Shown here: positions 48,544-59,500 of the stretch, one piece after another | How positions within the stretch are numbered: position 1 is the first letter of the stretch | How the letters are laid out: the number at the start of each line of letters is the position of its first letter | From: Candidatus Iainarchaeum sp. | Lineage (GTDB): Archaea > Iainarchaeota > Iainarchaeia > Iainarchaeales > JAZDFD01 | Assembly: GCA_043808155.1 (NCBI GenBank) | Contig: JAZDFD010000016.1 | Span: forward strand, 15,785 to 79,784 | Direction: 5' to 3' | DNA: 64,000 nucleotides | Notes under the pieces: generated by a model | Databases searched by the model: none | Seen by the model: the letters and a program-made list of their open reading frames with translations, nothing else | What the model was told of the DNA's origin: nothing | Position numbers and translations under genes: made by a program

Positions 48544-49401
48544 TCATTTCTTTTCATTTTCAGATTTCTTTTCCTGCTTAGTTTCCTTTTTCGCATCTGC
48601 TTTTTTTTCACTTTTAATTTCTCTGCCTTCAGCTTTTTTCTCTTCAACTTTTTTAATTTCCTGTTTTTCAGTTTTATCTGATTTTTCCCCAGCTTTCTTC
48701 TCGCTTTTTGTTTATTTCTCATCTTTTTTCTTTTCTGCCTTTGAAACAAACTTAACTTTCTTAATACCAACAATGTGCTTAGTTAACAAATCTGAAAACA
48801 TTTTTTCAAGAGGTGCAAGTGCCTGCTTATATTTTGCATCAATTGAAACAGTAACTTCCTGTTCTTTCATATTCACTTCAAGTGCTCTGTCATCTGAAGG
48901 AATTGGCCCGAAATATTTCTCAAAAAGAACCTCAACTTTTTCTTTCAAATCTTTAATTTCCTTCTCAACTTTCAATTCATATTCAATATTCTTTCCAGCA
49001 AGAGGGTGATTAAAATCTACTCTCACACGCCCCCCCGAAACTGACTGAACTTTTCCTCGTCTGTTATTCAAATCAATTATCAACCCAGGGAAAGGCTGAA
49101 TTTTCTCTTTTTTAAATTCCCTGAATGGAACAACCCCAATTAATTTTGGGTCTCTCAAACCATAAGCATCTTCTGCATCAATAAGGACTTTTCTTTCCTC
49201 ACCAACGTGCATTTCTTTTAAAGCTTCATCAACTTTGTCAAAAAGCTCTTCTGCACCAACAACAACTGCATTAGGCCTATATATCATGTTTTCTTCTAAA
49301 ATCCCTGCTTTCTCTGCAACTTCCTTAATTGTAGTATCAAAGACTTCTCCGTCAACTACTTTTGCACTGTAATTTATTTGCACTACTGCTCCATGTTCCA
49401 T
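48544..49401 (-). CDS. Long-type FKBP peptidyl-prolyl isomerase (SlyD-like); in-frame TAA at 48712-48714 followed by a 55-aa K/E tail to TGA at 48544
   Basis: VFDTT, AYGLRDP, GGRVRVDFNHPLAGK; the downstream frame continues TKSEKKAGEKSDKTEKQEIKK...ENEKK*. Confidence 0.85.
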
Positions 49402-49490
49402 AATATTTCACCTAAAAATTTGTATTTATTTTATATATGTTTTGAACCCAGTTAATAGTAGAATAATTCTATAATGAAACCTTTATAAAC

Positions 49491-50870
49491 GTGTATTTTA
49501 TGGCTCTGGGAATCAATAAAGGAATGGCGTGGTTCATCATAATCGTGATGGTTGCCTCCACAATCGGGTTTGCAATGCTCTATGCATCCCAGTCGCAGAC
49601 TTCAAATACACCCTCCGAAATCTCAGATGTGCCTATTTCACAGCCAAGTGCCTTCCGTTTCAAAGCAGAAAACGTCCCTGCAACTGTTTATCAAATTCTT
49701 CCTTCTATGCGATTCATAGCATCTGCAAATGCAAGTGATCTAACTACTATTGATGCAGAGTTACTTTCATTAGCCGGGATAAAAAATCTAAATTCTCAAA
49801 TCCGCTTATCTGATACTGGTGAAGGTGTGGATTATGTTGCTGAAATTTCTTATGACAAAGAACTGAGTGCAGATGACGTAGTCACTTTAATTGAATCAAA
49901 TCTTCCACTGCAAATTCAGGCAGCATTTCCATATGCACTTGTGGAAATTCCAAAAACAGTCACTTTAGTGCCTGAAGCAGAAGGAATTGATTTAGAACAG
50001 GAATATACTTTTGATGACACAATCACAAGCGCATTAATTGAATCATACTCCGAAGAAGGAGATGAAATAGAACTTTCATTATCTGTTGTTCTCACTGGAA
50101 CTGAATTGACTTATATGCTTGGTGCAGAAACCAATAATTTAACTGCAGAAATCAAATTCCATTCTACAGAACTTGAATTAGAAGTTTCAGAATTTGAAAA
50201 TGGAATAAAATTCACTTCAAATTCTTTGCTCCCTTATTCTGACATGGATTTCACTTCATTAGAAAATGAAATTTCCCAGAATGAAAACATTGAATTAGTT
50301 TCACTTAAAACAAATCTCGCAGAAAGGTCATTCAAACTAATCCAAGAACCCCGTGTGGGAATTGCAACACAGGAATTTGCAGACACACTAACTGCGCTTG
50401 AAGAAATTGAGTCTGCTGATTTTTCAGAAACCGAAACAGGAGAAGAAGTAACTGTTAATTTCACTCCAGACATAACTTATGAAAAAGCAAAAGAACTAGT
50501 GCTTGAAAAACTTGGTGAATTAACACTTCCCGACATCGAGAGCACATTAACAGTAACTGTACCTGAAATGAACATCTCCGGAACTGCAACACTTGTAGAT
50601 CCATACTCAGAAAACAGATTTTCATTCATTGAACAAAAACTCTCATCTTTAGAAATTGAATTCTCGTTCACACAAAATGCGTCAGCTTCAATTGATGAAA
50701 TTACTGATTCAGAATTAGAACAAACTTATACTTACACTGAACCATTTGCTGTAACTTTAAAATCAAAACACAATGAAAATGATTCAGTTCCACTGATTTT
50801 AACTTATTACACTATGCGCTCAGAAATTCTGGACATCTCAGGAAAAGAAAAATTAGAAGAAGGAAATTAA
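49491..50870 (+). CDS. Membrane-anchored acidic extracellular protein (start uncertain)
   Basis: N-terminal TM (IIIVMVASTIGFAM), Glu-rich. Confidence 0.65.
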   Translation: MYFMALGINKGMAWFIIIVMVASTIGFAMLYASQSQTSNTPSEISDVPISQPSAFRFKAENVPATVYQILPSMRFIASANASDLTTIDAELLSLAGIKNLNSQIRLSDTGEGVDYVAEISYDKELSADDVVTLIESNLPLQIQAAFPYALVEIPKTVTLVPEAEGIDLEQEYTFDDTITSALIESYSEEGDEIELSLSVVLTGTELTYMLGAETNNLTAEIKFHSTELELEVSEFENGIKFTSNSLLPYSDMDFTSLENEISQNENIELVSLKTNLAERSFKLIQEPRVGIATQEFADTLTALEEIESADFSETETGEEVTVNFTPDITYEKAKELVLEKLGELTLPDIESTLTVTVPEMNISGTATLVDPYSENRFSFIEQKLSSLEIEFSFTQNASASIDEITDSELEQTYTYTEPFAVTLKSKHNENDSVPLILTYYTMRSEILDISGKEKLEEGN

Positions 50871-51214
50871 TTTTCTCCTTTTAATTCCTTTAAAGAAAGG
50901 ATGGCTTCCGCGATGTCGCCCCTGGATTTCTTCAAAGCAGCCTCTGCTTTTTTTGAATTAACGCCGGCTTGCTTCATGACCATTTCAATATCTTCTTTGG
51001 GAATCCCAATTTTTTCTTCCCGTTCTTCACCCATGATTGTATAGGTTTTCTTTCCCTGCATATCTATTGCAGTCACACTTGGGTCCTCAATAATAATTTT
51101 CTTTCCCTTACCCTCAATTATAACTCTGTCTGCTTCAATTTCTTCACTCTTAATTCCCATCTGCTTCATCATTTTCTGTATCTGTCTTGGATCTATACCT
51201 CTTCCTGGAAACAT
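50867..51214 (-). CDS. nac: Nascent polypeptide-associated complex protein
   Basis: DPRQIQKMMKQMGI, EDIEMVMKQAGV...GDIAEAIL (UBA-like); GGTGA SD places the start at 51214. Confidence 0.93.
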   Translation of the reverse strand: MFPGRGIDPRQIQKMMKQMGIKSEEIEADRVIIEGKGKKIIIEDPSVTAIDMQGKKTYTIMGEEREEKIGIPKEDIEMVMKQAGVNSKKAEAALKKSRGDIAEAILSLKELKGEN

Positions 51215-51242
51215 GTTTATCACCTTGTTAATTTATATTCAA

Positions 51243-51920
51243 TCATTTTAAAATCTTTAATACTTCTTCCAATTTCTTAATTTCATAATCTGCGTCTGGA
51301 AATTCCTTCAACCTCCTATTGTTCAGAAAAATTGTATGCATTCCTGCATTTTTTGCACCTGCAATATCTCTGTCATAATTATCGCCAATAAAAAAAGCAT
51401 CTTTTGCATAAGTGCTCATTTCATAAAGAATCAAAGCAAATGCCTTGATATCTGGTTTCAGAAAACCACATTCCTGTGAAAAAACAATTTTATCAAAATG
51501 TTTATCATGTTCAAAATCAGTAATCTTAAAATCATGCAAACTCCATTCTCTGACTCCGTTTGAATAAAGCCCGAGTTTGTAACCGCGCTTCCTTAATTCA
51601 GTAAGAACCTTCTCTGCGCTTTCATCAATTTTAACAAAAGTTTTTCTAATTTCAAGATGCTTTTTTGAAAGCTCTTCCAAATCAGAAACCTCAAATTTAA
51701 TTCCTAAATCATCAAAAATGCTCTTAAAAAAATTCAAATCATTGGCTTCCTTAGTACTTTGGTAAATTTTGAAATTTTTATCATAAACCTCAAAGAATTT
51801 CTCAAAACTAACATTCCCCACACCATCAAGCACTTTCACAATTTCCCAGAACTCATCTCGCGCCTTATCAAAATCATAATTAAAAAGCGTATGAACCAGA
51901 TCAAAAATTGCTGTCTTCAT
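51243..51920 (-). CDS. HAD-superfamily hydrolase
   Basis: FDLVHTL, SNG, KPD, IGDNYDRDIAGAKNAGM. Confidence 0.85.
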   Translation of the reverse strand: MKTAIFDLVHTLFNYDFDKARDEFWEIVKVLDGVGNVSFEKFFEVYDKNFKIYQSTKEANDLNFFKSIFDDLGIKFEVSDLEELSKKHLEIRKTFVKIDESAEKVLTELRKRGYKLGLYSNGVREWSLHDFKITDFEHDKHFDKIVFSQECGFLKPDIKAFALILYEMSTYAKDAFFIGDNYDRDIAGAKNAGMHTIFLNNRRLKEFPDADYEIKKLEEVLKILK

Positions 51921-51971
51921 AATAGAACTTAAGCGAAAAACCTTTTAATTTCATAACCCTAATGAATTCAT

Positions 51972-52619
51972 ATGGCATGGGTAATTTCAAATTACAATAC
52001 ATTTAAAGAGAAATTAAATGGCACAAATTTTGATGATAATAATCCGCTTTCAAAAGCCCTTCAGCATCATTTCTCAAAAAAAGGTGTAATCTCAATAAAA
52101 TCAAAAGACAAGGGGTTCCCAATTTTAACCTATCCTTCAAAACCAATTCTTAAATCAAAAATCTTAGTATTAACTGAAAGAAAAAAATCACTGCAAAAAC
52201 ACCAGGCAAAATGGAAACAAAAAAGATTAGAAGCAAAATCATATCACTTAACAAACAATGTGAAAAAACTCACATCTCCGTTATACTGGAAACATGTCGC
52301 AAAATGTGCAACAAATAAAGATTACAAAAGTGATTCTGATAAAGTTCAGCTCCCGGCTCACTTAGTTACTGACCCGAGATGGGAACCAATGATTAAAACG
52401 TTCATAAATGACGAGGATTACAGAAAACAATTAACAGAAACAGTTGACAAATCAATTGTTTACCAAAAAGATAAAAAAGTCGCACGCTTTGCAGATGATT
52501 TAAGAAACTTCAGAATCATAGAATCAGATAAAAAAATTGAAGAAATTGAAAGCAAATTAAATGAAATAAGAGAAGACTTGTTTTCATTAAACGAACTCCT
52601 GAAATGGAGCAATAAATAA
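51972..52619 (+). CDS. Hypothetical basic helical protein
   Basis: 215-aa ORF, no known motif. Confidence 0.6.
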   Translation: MAWVISNYNTFKEKLNGTNFDDNNPLSKALQHHFSKKGVISIKSKDKGFPILTYPSKPILKSKILVLTERKKSLQKHQAKWKQKRLEAKSYHLTNNVKKLTSPLYWKHVAKCATNKDYKSDSDKVQLPAHLVTDPRWEPMIKTFINDEDYRKQLTETVDKSIVYQKDKKVARFADDLRNFRIIESDKKIEEIESKLNEIREDLFSLNELLKWSNK

Positions 52620-52802
52620 TTTTGCATAAAGTTCACCGGAAATCTACTCTTACGTTTTGCTTTATAAATGCCCAAAACTTCTTTCTTCCGAGGTGATAAA
52701 ATGTTTGGTTCAAGTTTATGCAGGTTCGTGGAAGCTTATGGACAAAAAAATATGTAAGCTCATTTTTCTCTCTTTTTAATATTTCCATTCGGGTAATTTC
52801 AT

Positions 52803-55800
52803 ATGGTAAAAAACTTCTCACAAATCCCTGAAAAGGAATTGCTGGAAAAAATTCTAAAATTAAATGAAATTGATAGTTTCAACCCAATGCAGGAAAAAGT
52901 GCTCTCCCAAAATCTCTTCAATTCAAATATTGTGGTTTCAGCACCCACTGCTTCAGGAAAAACATTAGTTTCGGAAATTGCAGCTCTAAATTCAATAATA
53001 AATAACAGAAAAAAAGTTGTTTACACCTGCCCTTTGCGTGCATTAGCAAATGAGCATTATACTGAATTCAAAAGAAAATATTCTGATTCCCTGAATATCA
53101 AAGCAACGATAAGCACAGGGGACTTTGATTCAAGTTCAAAACACCTGCAAAATTACGACATTATTTTCACTACGCATGAAAAATGTTTACCTTTTGATGA
53201 ATACATCGTATGCAAGGATGATAACAATTTGAGAATAGTTAAGATTGGTGAGTTTTTTGAGGAAATTTATCATAATGCAAAAATTATTAAAATGAAAAAT
53301 AAAATTACCCTCATCCCAAAAAAGAAATATTTTTCTGTTTCCTTTGATTTTAATAAAAAGGAACCTGTTTTTTCTGAAATAGAAGCAGTAACTAAAAGCG
53401 CTAACAAAGATAAATTACTAGAACTTAAGCTTCAGTCTGGCAGAATGCTGACAACTACTTCTGACCATACACTCTTTCGTCTTCAAAATGCTGAGCTGGA
53501 AAAAGTGTCTGCAGAAGATTCTTTGGGCTCTTATTTAACTGCTCTATCAGATTCGTCTATTTTACTAAAATCAAAAATTAATCATTTTAATGTTTTTGAA
53601 CAGTTCGTTGAAAATAATCTTGATAATTTATTTTATGTAACTTTTTCCTCTGTTAATTTCGAAGAACTGACAAATGTAATGGTCACTAAAAACAGAACCA
53701 AAAGAAAGGCAAAAGAGCTGGCAAAGCGTTACCTGAAAAATAAGCGTATGCCCGCTAGCATAGCAAAAAAACTTAAAAATATTAAAATTCATAAAATTAC
53801 ACTGCAAAGAAGTGATTCTTACCACCAACTAAATTCTAAAATCAAGTTGTCCAAATCTTTTGGAAAGATTTTAGGTTATTTTATTTCCGAGGGTTCTTAT
53901 TCTACTGTCTCAAAAACTCACGGCTACTATGTGCTGAGATACCCTGTAATAAACAAATGGATTAAAGATGATTTGATTAAATCCTTAGAAAAAGAAAAAA
54001 TCCCTTTTAAGTTACATGAAAAAAATAATGAATTAGCTGTTAAAAGCAAAATTTTATATCACCTATTCAAAAGTTTTGGCATTGGAAAAGCTGCAAATAA
54101 AAAATTACCTGATTTTGTGTTTTTTGCCCCTAAACCATTTTTGATTGGTTTATTACAAGGCCTATTTAATGGTGATGGCGGCGTAAATCCAAGCTCAATT
54201 GATTATTCTACTAAAAACAAAGAATTAGCATATCAAATATCTTTACTTTTAACTCGTTTTAGAGTGCAGACCTATATTTACCCACAAAAAGTTAAGGGCT
54301 ATAAAGATACTTATTGGCGGCTTAATATGTATGGTGGAAAAAATATTGAAAGATTTTTATATCTTGTGCAAGAATTGAGACCAAATTTAATGAAAAAGGC
54401 AATTGAGCTTGCCAGTTCTAAAGAAAAAAGAGATAGTATGTTCAATAATCTGCCTGCCAGACCACTTTTCAAAAAGAACCAATTGCACAGCATGAAAAAG
54501 CTAGATAGGGCTGTTTATTCTGGATGGTATTCTAATAATAGGGTTTCAAAAACTTTGGCAAAGAGTTTTTCGTTAAAATATAATCTCAAAGAGGCTTTAG
54601 CTATATGCAATTACCCTCTTGGTTTTTTAAAAGTCAAAACCACGACAACAGCAAAATCCAAAAAATTTGTTTACAATATTAAAACAAAGGCTGGAAATTA
54701 TTTTACTGGAAATGGAATTCTAATTAAAAATTGCGATTCTCTGCAAAGACACAATGCAGAATGGCTTCAGGATGTGGGACTCCTAATCCTTGACGAAATC
54801 CATGATTTGGATTCCGGAAGAGGACCAACACTTGAAATAGTAACAACGAAATTCCTCTTCATAAACCCAAAAATCCAGATTCTCGCATTAAGTGCAACAA
54901 TTCCCAATTGTAAAGATATTGCAGACTGGCTCAATGCAGAACTCATAGAATCTGATTACCGCCCAATGAAACTAAAAGAAGGAGTCTTTTTTCAGAATGA
55001 AATCACTTACAATACTAATTCTGAAGAACTCCTCTCACATGATGATTCACTTTCATCAATAATAACTGATACTTTAGAAAACAAAAAAAAGCAGGCCCTA
55101 GTTTTTGCAAACACAAGGAGAAATGCAGAAGCTTCAGCAAGAAAACTTTCTGAAATAACATATTCACTTCTCACAGAAAAAGAAAAAGCAGAATTAGAAA
55201 AAGCCTCGAAAAAAATCCTTGATGTTCTGGAAGCTCCGACTGAACAATGCAAAAAAATTGCAGAACTCCTGAAAAAAGGTTCATGTTTCCATCATGCAGG
55301 TTTAATGCAAAAACAAAGAACAGTTATTGAAGATGAATTCAAAAAAAATAATTTAAAAGTAATTTCCGCCACGCCGACTTTGGCTGCGGGAATTAATTTG
55401 CCCGCGCACACAGTAGTAATAAGTTCAGTTTACAGATACGCAGATTCCGGAATGGAAAAAATCCCAGTAAGAGATTATAAGCAAATGGCGGGTAGAAGTG
55501 GAAGACCAAAATACGACACAGAGGGGCGTGCAATAATGATTGCAAAAAATGCACTGGAAGCAGAAGATTTATTTGAGAGATACGTGAATGGACGTGTTGA
55601 AGAAGTTTCCTCTCACTTAGGCATTGAATCTGTTTTAAGAATGCACCTGCTTTCTTTAATTGCAAACAATTTCGTTTTTGATTTGGATAGCATGGAAAAA
55701 TTCTTTTCAAAAACATTTTATGCAAACCAATTTGGGAACTTAAATGAAATTTACAGCAAACTCCAGTCACTGCTTCTTGAACTGCAGGAAATGGAATTTG

Positions 55801-56480
55801 TAACTGCAGATGAAAAATATTTCCAGGCAACAAAACTGGGAAAAAGAGTTTCCGAACTTTACTTAGATCCAAAGTCAGCACATAAAATGATTATTGCATT
55901 AAAAAAACAAATTCCTTTCACACCTGAAACATATCTCTTTTCAATTTCAGACACTTCAGAATTTTTCCCATGGTTAAACGTTCCAAAAAATGCAGAACCA
56001 GAAGTTTGGGAATTCATGCAGGAAGATGCATCAAAAATACCTGTTGATTTAGAACGCGCAATGTATTCTGATTCAAATATTCTTCGCAAATATTATTTGT
56101 CACTTCTTCTAAATGATTGGATTTCAGAAAAGCGTGAACAGGATTTAATGAAACAATATAATATCCAGCCCGGAATTCTCTACTCAAAACTTCAGATTGC
56201 TGAATGGCTCTGTTACTCACTGTTTGAATTAAGCAAACTTATTGGAACTGAAAATCACATCCCGCCTTTGGGAAAAATGCAGAAACGTTTGAAATATGGT
56301 GTAAAAGAGGAGCTTCTCATTCTCACAGAACTCAAAGGAATTGGTAGAGTAAGAGCCCGCGCACTGAAAAGAGCTGGTTTTGAATCCATTGCAAAAATTA
56401 AACAAGCCCCAATAGAACGACTCTCAGACGTAATAGGCTCAAAAACCGCCCAGAAGCTAAAAATGCAATTGCGTGTCTGA
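52803..56480 (+). CDS. hel308: Ski2-like ATP-dependent DNA helicase Hel308 containing an intein
   Basis: PTASGKT, PLRALA, TTHEK/CDSL, DEIH, LSAT, HHAGL, TPTLAAGINLPA, QMAGRSGRP, C-terminal HhH GIGRVRAR. Confidence 0.93.
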   Translation: MVKNFSQIPEKELLEKILKLNEIDSFNPMQEKVLSQNLFNSNIVVSAPTASGKTLVSEIAALNSIINNRKKVVYTCPLRALANEHYTEFKRKYSDSLNIKATISTGDFDSSSKHLQNYDIIFTTHEKCLPFDEYIVCKDDNNLRIVKIGEFFEEIYHNAKIIKMKNKITLIPKKKYFSVSFDFNKKEPVFSEIEAVTKSANKDKLLELKLQSGRMLTTTSDHTLFRLQNAELEKVSAEDSLGSYLTALSDSSILLKSKINHFNVFEQFVENNLDNLFYVTFSSVNFEELTNVMVTKNRTKRKAKELAKRYLKNKRMPASIAKKLKNIKIHKITLQRSDSYHQLNSKIKLSKSFGKILGYFISEGSYSTVSKTHGYYVLRYPVINKWIKDDLIKSLEKEKIPFKLHEKNNELAVKSKILYHLFKSFGIGKAANKKLPDFVFFAPKPFLIGLLQGLFNGDGGVNPSSIDYSTKNKELAYQISLLLTRFRVQTYIYPQKVKGYKDTYWRLNMYGGKNIERFLYLVQELRPNLMKKAIELASSKEKRDSMFNNLPARPLFKKNQLHSMKKLDRAVYSGWYSNNRVSKTLAKSFSLKYNLKEALAICNYPLGFLKVKTTTTAKSKKFVYNIKTKAGNYFTGNGILIKNCDSLQRHNAEWLQDVGLLILDEIHDLDSGRGPTLEIVTTKFLFINPKIQILALSATIPNCKDIADWLNAELIESDYRPMKLKEGVFFQNEITYNTNSEELLSHDDSLSSIITDTLENKKKQALVFANTRRNAEASARKLSEITYSLLTEKEKAELEKASKKILDVLEAPTEQCKKIAELLKKGSCFHHAGLMQKQRTVIEDEFKKNNLKVISATPTLAAGINLPAHTVVISSVYRYADSGMEKIPVRDYKQMAGRSGRPKYDTEGRAIMIAKNALEAEDLFERYVNGRVEEVSSHLGIESVLRMHLLSLIANNFVFDLDSMEKFFSKTFYANQFGNLNEIYSKLQSLLLELQEMEFVTADEKYFQATKLGKRVSELYLDPKSAHKMIIALKKQIPFTPETYLFSISDTSEFFPWLNVPKNAEPEVWEFMQEDASKIPVDLERAMYSDSNILRKYYLSLLLNDWISEKREQDLMKQYNIQPGILYSKLQIAEWLCYSLFELSKLIGTENHIPPLGKMQKRLKYGVKEELLILTELKGIGRVRARALKRAGFESIAKIKQAPIERLSDVIGSKTAQKLKMQLRV
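53184..54731 (+). mobile_element. Intein (516 aa) with LAGLIDADG homing endonuclease
   Basis: Starts CLPFDE; block B TTSDHTLF; LAGLIDADG blocks ILGYFISEG and LLQGLFNGDG; ends VYNIKT..GNYFTGNGILIKN/C; removal restores TTHEK-CDSLQR. Confidence 0.92.
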
Positions 56481-56599
56481 TTCTCTGCTTTAGGGCAAAT
56501 CCTTATAATTCGGGAAAACCCTTATAAATGACGAACAAATTTATAATAACTTAAAGAGAATATAGATACTATATCATTATTACTTTATTTGGTGAATTA

Positions 56600-59500
56600 A
56601 TGACAGATGGATTTGGAAGTTCTGATTCAGAAAAAAAAGCTGAAAAACAAAGGATTTTAGACCAGATGAAAAATAATCTGTCTGAAAAACCTTCCTCATT
56701 TGCAGGTTCAGAAAAAGCCCCAAACCCAAAAGTACAAGAAGATGCTAAATGGCTTGACAATGAAGGCAAACGCCTTTTCAAAAAATCCGATGACAAACCA
56801 ATGCCTGGAAAATCTGATGGGATAAAATACCGGAATCCGATTTTGGTAATTTTATTAACCGTTGTCACTTTGGGAATTTACGGAATTTATTGGATGTATA
56901 AAACAAAAAAAGAAATTAATTCACTCGGAGCAAAAATACCAAATATTATACTCTTATTCATTCCATTAATTCAATTATTTTTTATTTACAAATATGCTGA
57001 TGGTTATGCAAAATTTGTTAAGAAAGACAACAAAACAATTATTTGGTTATTACTTTTCATTTTTTTATCACCAATCGCAGTTTTCCTTTTCCAATCTGAA
57101 TTAAATAATTACTCCAACAACCCACCAACACCAAAAGCAAAAAAAGAAAAAATTTCAAAAGCAGCACCGATTGTAGGGCTTGCAGCAGCAACTAAATCTC
57201 TTGATAAGAAATCAAATCCGCTTTCAGGCATAATGTCAAAACTAAAAAGCATCTATTATGCAATGGAAGACAAATATTATGAAATGCTTGATAAAATAGA
57301 TCCTGTAATACCAATTTACAAAGTTGTTGATCCAATTGACAAAGTTTTTCCTTCATTCATTTTGTTTCTTTTGTTAATTTTACTTTTGCTGTTATTATTA
57401 TGTTGGTTAATTTTTGGCGGATTAGCATCTCCTGCAGAATTTGCAGCAGGAATTAACGTTGTAAAAGACAGCCCAGAACAGGAAGGCCTTGCAGATGCAC
57501 ATGTAATTGTTGAATATGAAAACATTTTGCTTTACGATGGCTACACAGATGGCAGTGGAAAAATCTCTGATATAAAACTTGCGTCAGAATCAATTTCAGC
57601 ATATGTTACTGTTTCAAAATCCGGATACAATGATTTCCAAAGTGAAATTTTACTTGAAAATGGAAAAACTGCAAAAATACAATTGACTCCAATGTCTGAT
57701 CCTGATGCAAAAACACATTTCAAAATCTATGTTGAAGATTTAGACACCGGTGAGAGACTGCAGGGCATTAGTGTAACAATGGAATTTTCCTGTTCAAATG
57801 GTACCAGTGCCCCTGCAAGAGACACGACAGACACAGGTTATTTTTCAGTTTATGTGGATAGAACTGCATGTGGGACATTAACTGCAACTGTAATGGCAAC
57901 AGGATATGAAACATTAAACTCACAGAGAATAAGCAGTGAAACAGAATATTTAAAACTTCAGAGATCTTCAACTGAATCAAACCTTGTTGTAAATGTTTAT
58001 GATAGTGACGGAGAGCCCGTAGAAGATGTTGCAGTAAGACTTTATGATGAGGAAACTCCAGGGCTTCCAGTTGGTGTGGGCAACACAGATTCCTTTGGTT
58101 CCTTCATATTTGAAACTATCGATTCCGGAACATACAAAGTAACTGCACTGCATGATGATGGACGTTATGCTGAAAAGCTTTCAGTTGTTGTAGGTTCAGG
58201 CCAGACACAATATGCTAATCTTACACTCGGAATTCTTCCACCAGGCGGAAGCAAAAAATTATTCATAAAAGTAATTGACGGAAGTAACATTAACGAACCA
58301 GATCCAATTGAAAATGTGAAAGTATTGGTTTACATCAACAAAAGCAGAGTAGATACTCTTTATACTGATGCAGACGGAATTGTAGAGAAATTTTATGATT
58401 TAGAGTCAACTCTTGACCATATTGATTTGGTTTTACTGCATGATGAGTATCTTGTAAAGATACACCCTGGAATTGAATTAGTTTCTGCAAACTCAAACAC
58501 TCCAAAAGAAATTAAAATGTACAAAATTTCAGGAAGCGATTATGCAATTGTTAATGTTGAAGTTTTAAGTTATGGTTCAAATGAACCCGTAGAAGAGGCA
58601 AAAGTTTATCTCTATGAAGCTGACACAAATTTAATGGTTCATGAAAACCCGCGCTATACTGATGATGAAGGACTGTCAAAATTCGAATATCTGCCTGATT
58701 CATCATATTTCGCAATTGCAAAGGATGACTTTACAGGAACAGAAGGAACATCTGACACTGAAGCTGTTTTAAGAGGCGAGGAAATAACTCTTTCAATAAG
58801 CCTTGTTCTTGGAATGGGTAACTTCAAAGTAACAATTGTTGACGAAGAAACCAATGAACCAATAACTCTTAACGGAACGCCATTAGTTTCAGTTAAACAG
58901 TACGACCCAGTAACAGATGAAATTTCAGATACAAACAAAACCTATCATGCTGATGACAAGGGTGTTGTCGAAACAGATGATTTCTCAATTGATAAAAAAT
59001 ACATACTTGAACTTACTCATGATGATTATCAGTCTTATGAAACAGAGCCTTTGCAGCCAATTGACAATATAACAGTTGAGCCAACGCCGGCCACAATTGC
59101 ACTTATTCCAAAATCGGCAGCAGGAAATGATGAGATAGGGCTGCAATTCGGAGGAATTTACAAAGATGATGAGCTTGAAGACCCTGCAGACAAAGTAGAA
59201 TCAGGCAAAACCTATTATCTGAAGTACATTTTACGGCTTCCGAAAGAAGGAACTTATTATGACATTTCCCAGTACATTATTGTTGGCTCTGACCTCGGAA
59301 CAAATTTGCCGTCTTCAGGATATGTTATAAAAATAAAAAATGTAATTGCATCTGGTTTTTCTGACATTGTTTTAAGCAACTGTTACTCTGCTTCCGATCC
59401 TTACATTAATCCTTCATCATGTCAGGGTGTGTCAACAGATGCGAAAAAAGCAGGCATTTATTGGAATGAACTTAACGGTGAACACACATATTATGTTACT

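Noticed and set aside
5843-48714. Genome-wide TAA reassignment
   Set aside because: Many conserved genes (ubiD, fni, psmB, nac, hydrogenase large subunit) end at TAA at their expected C-termini.
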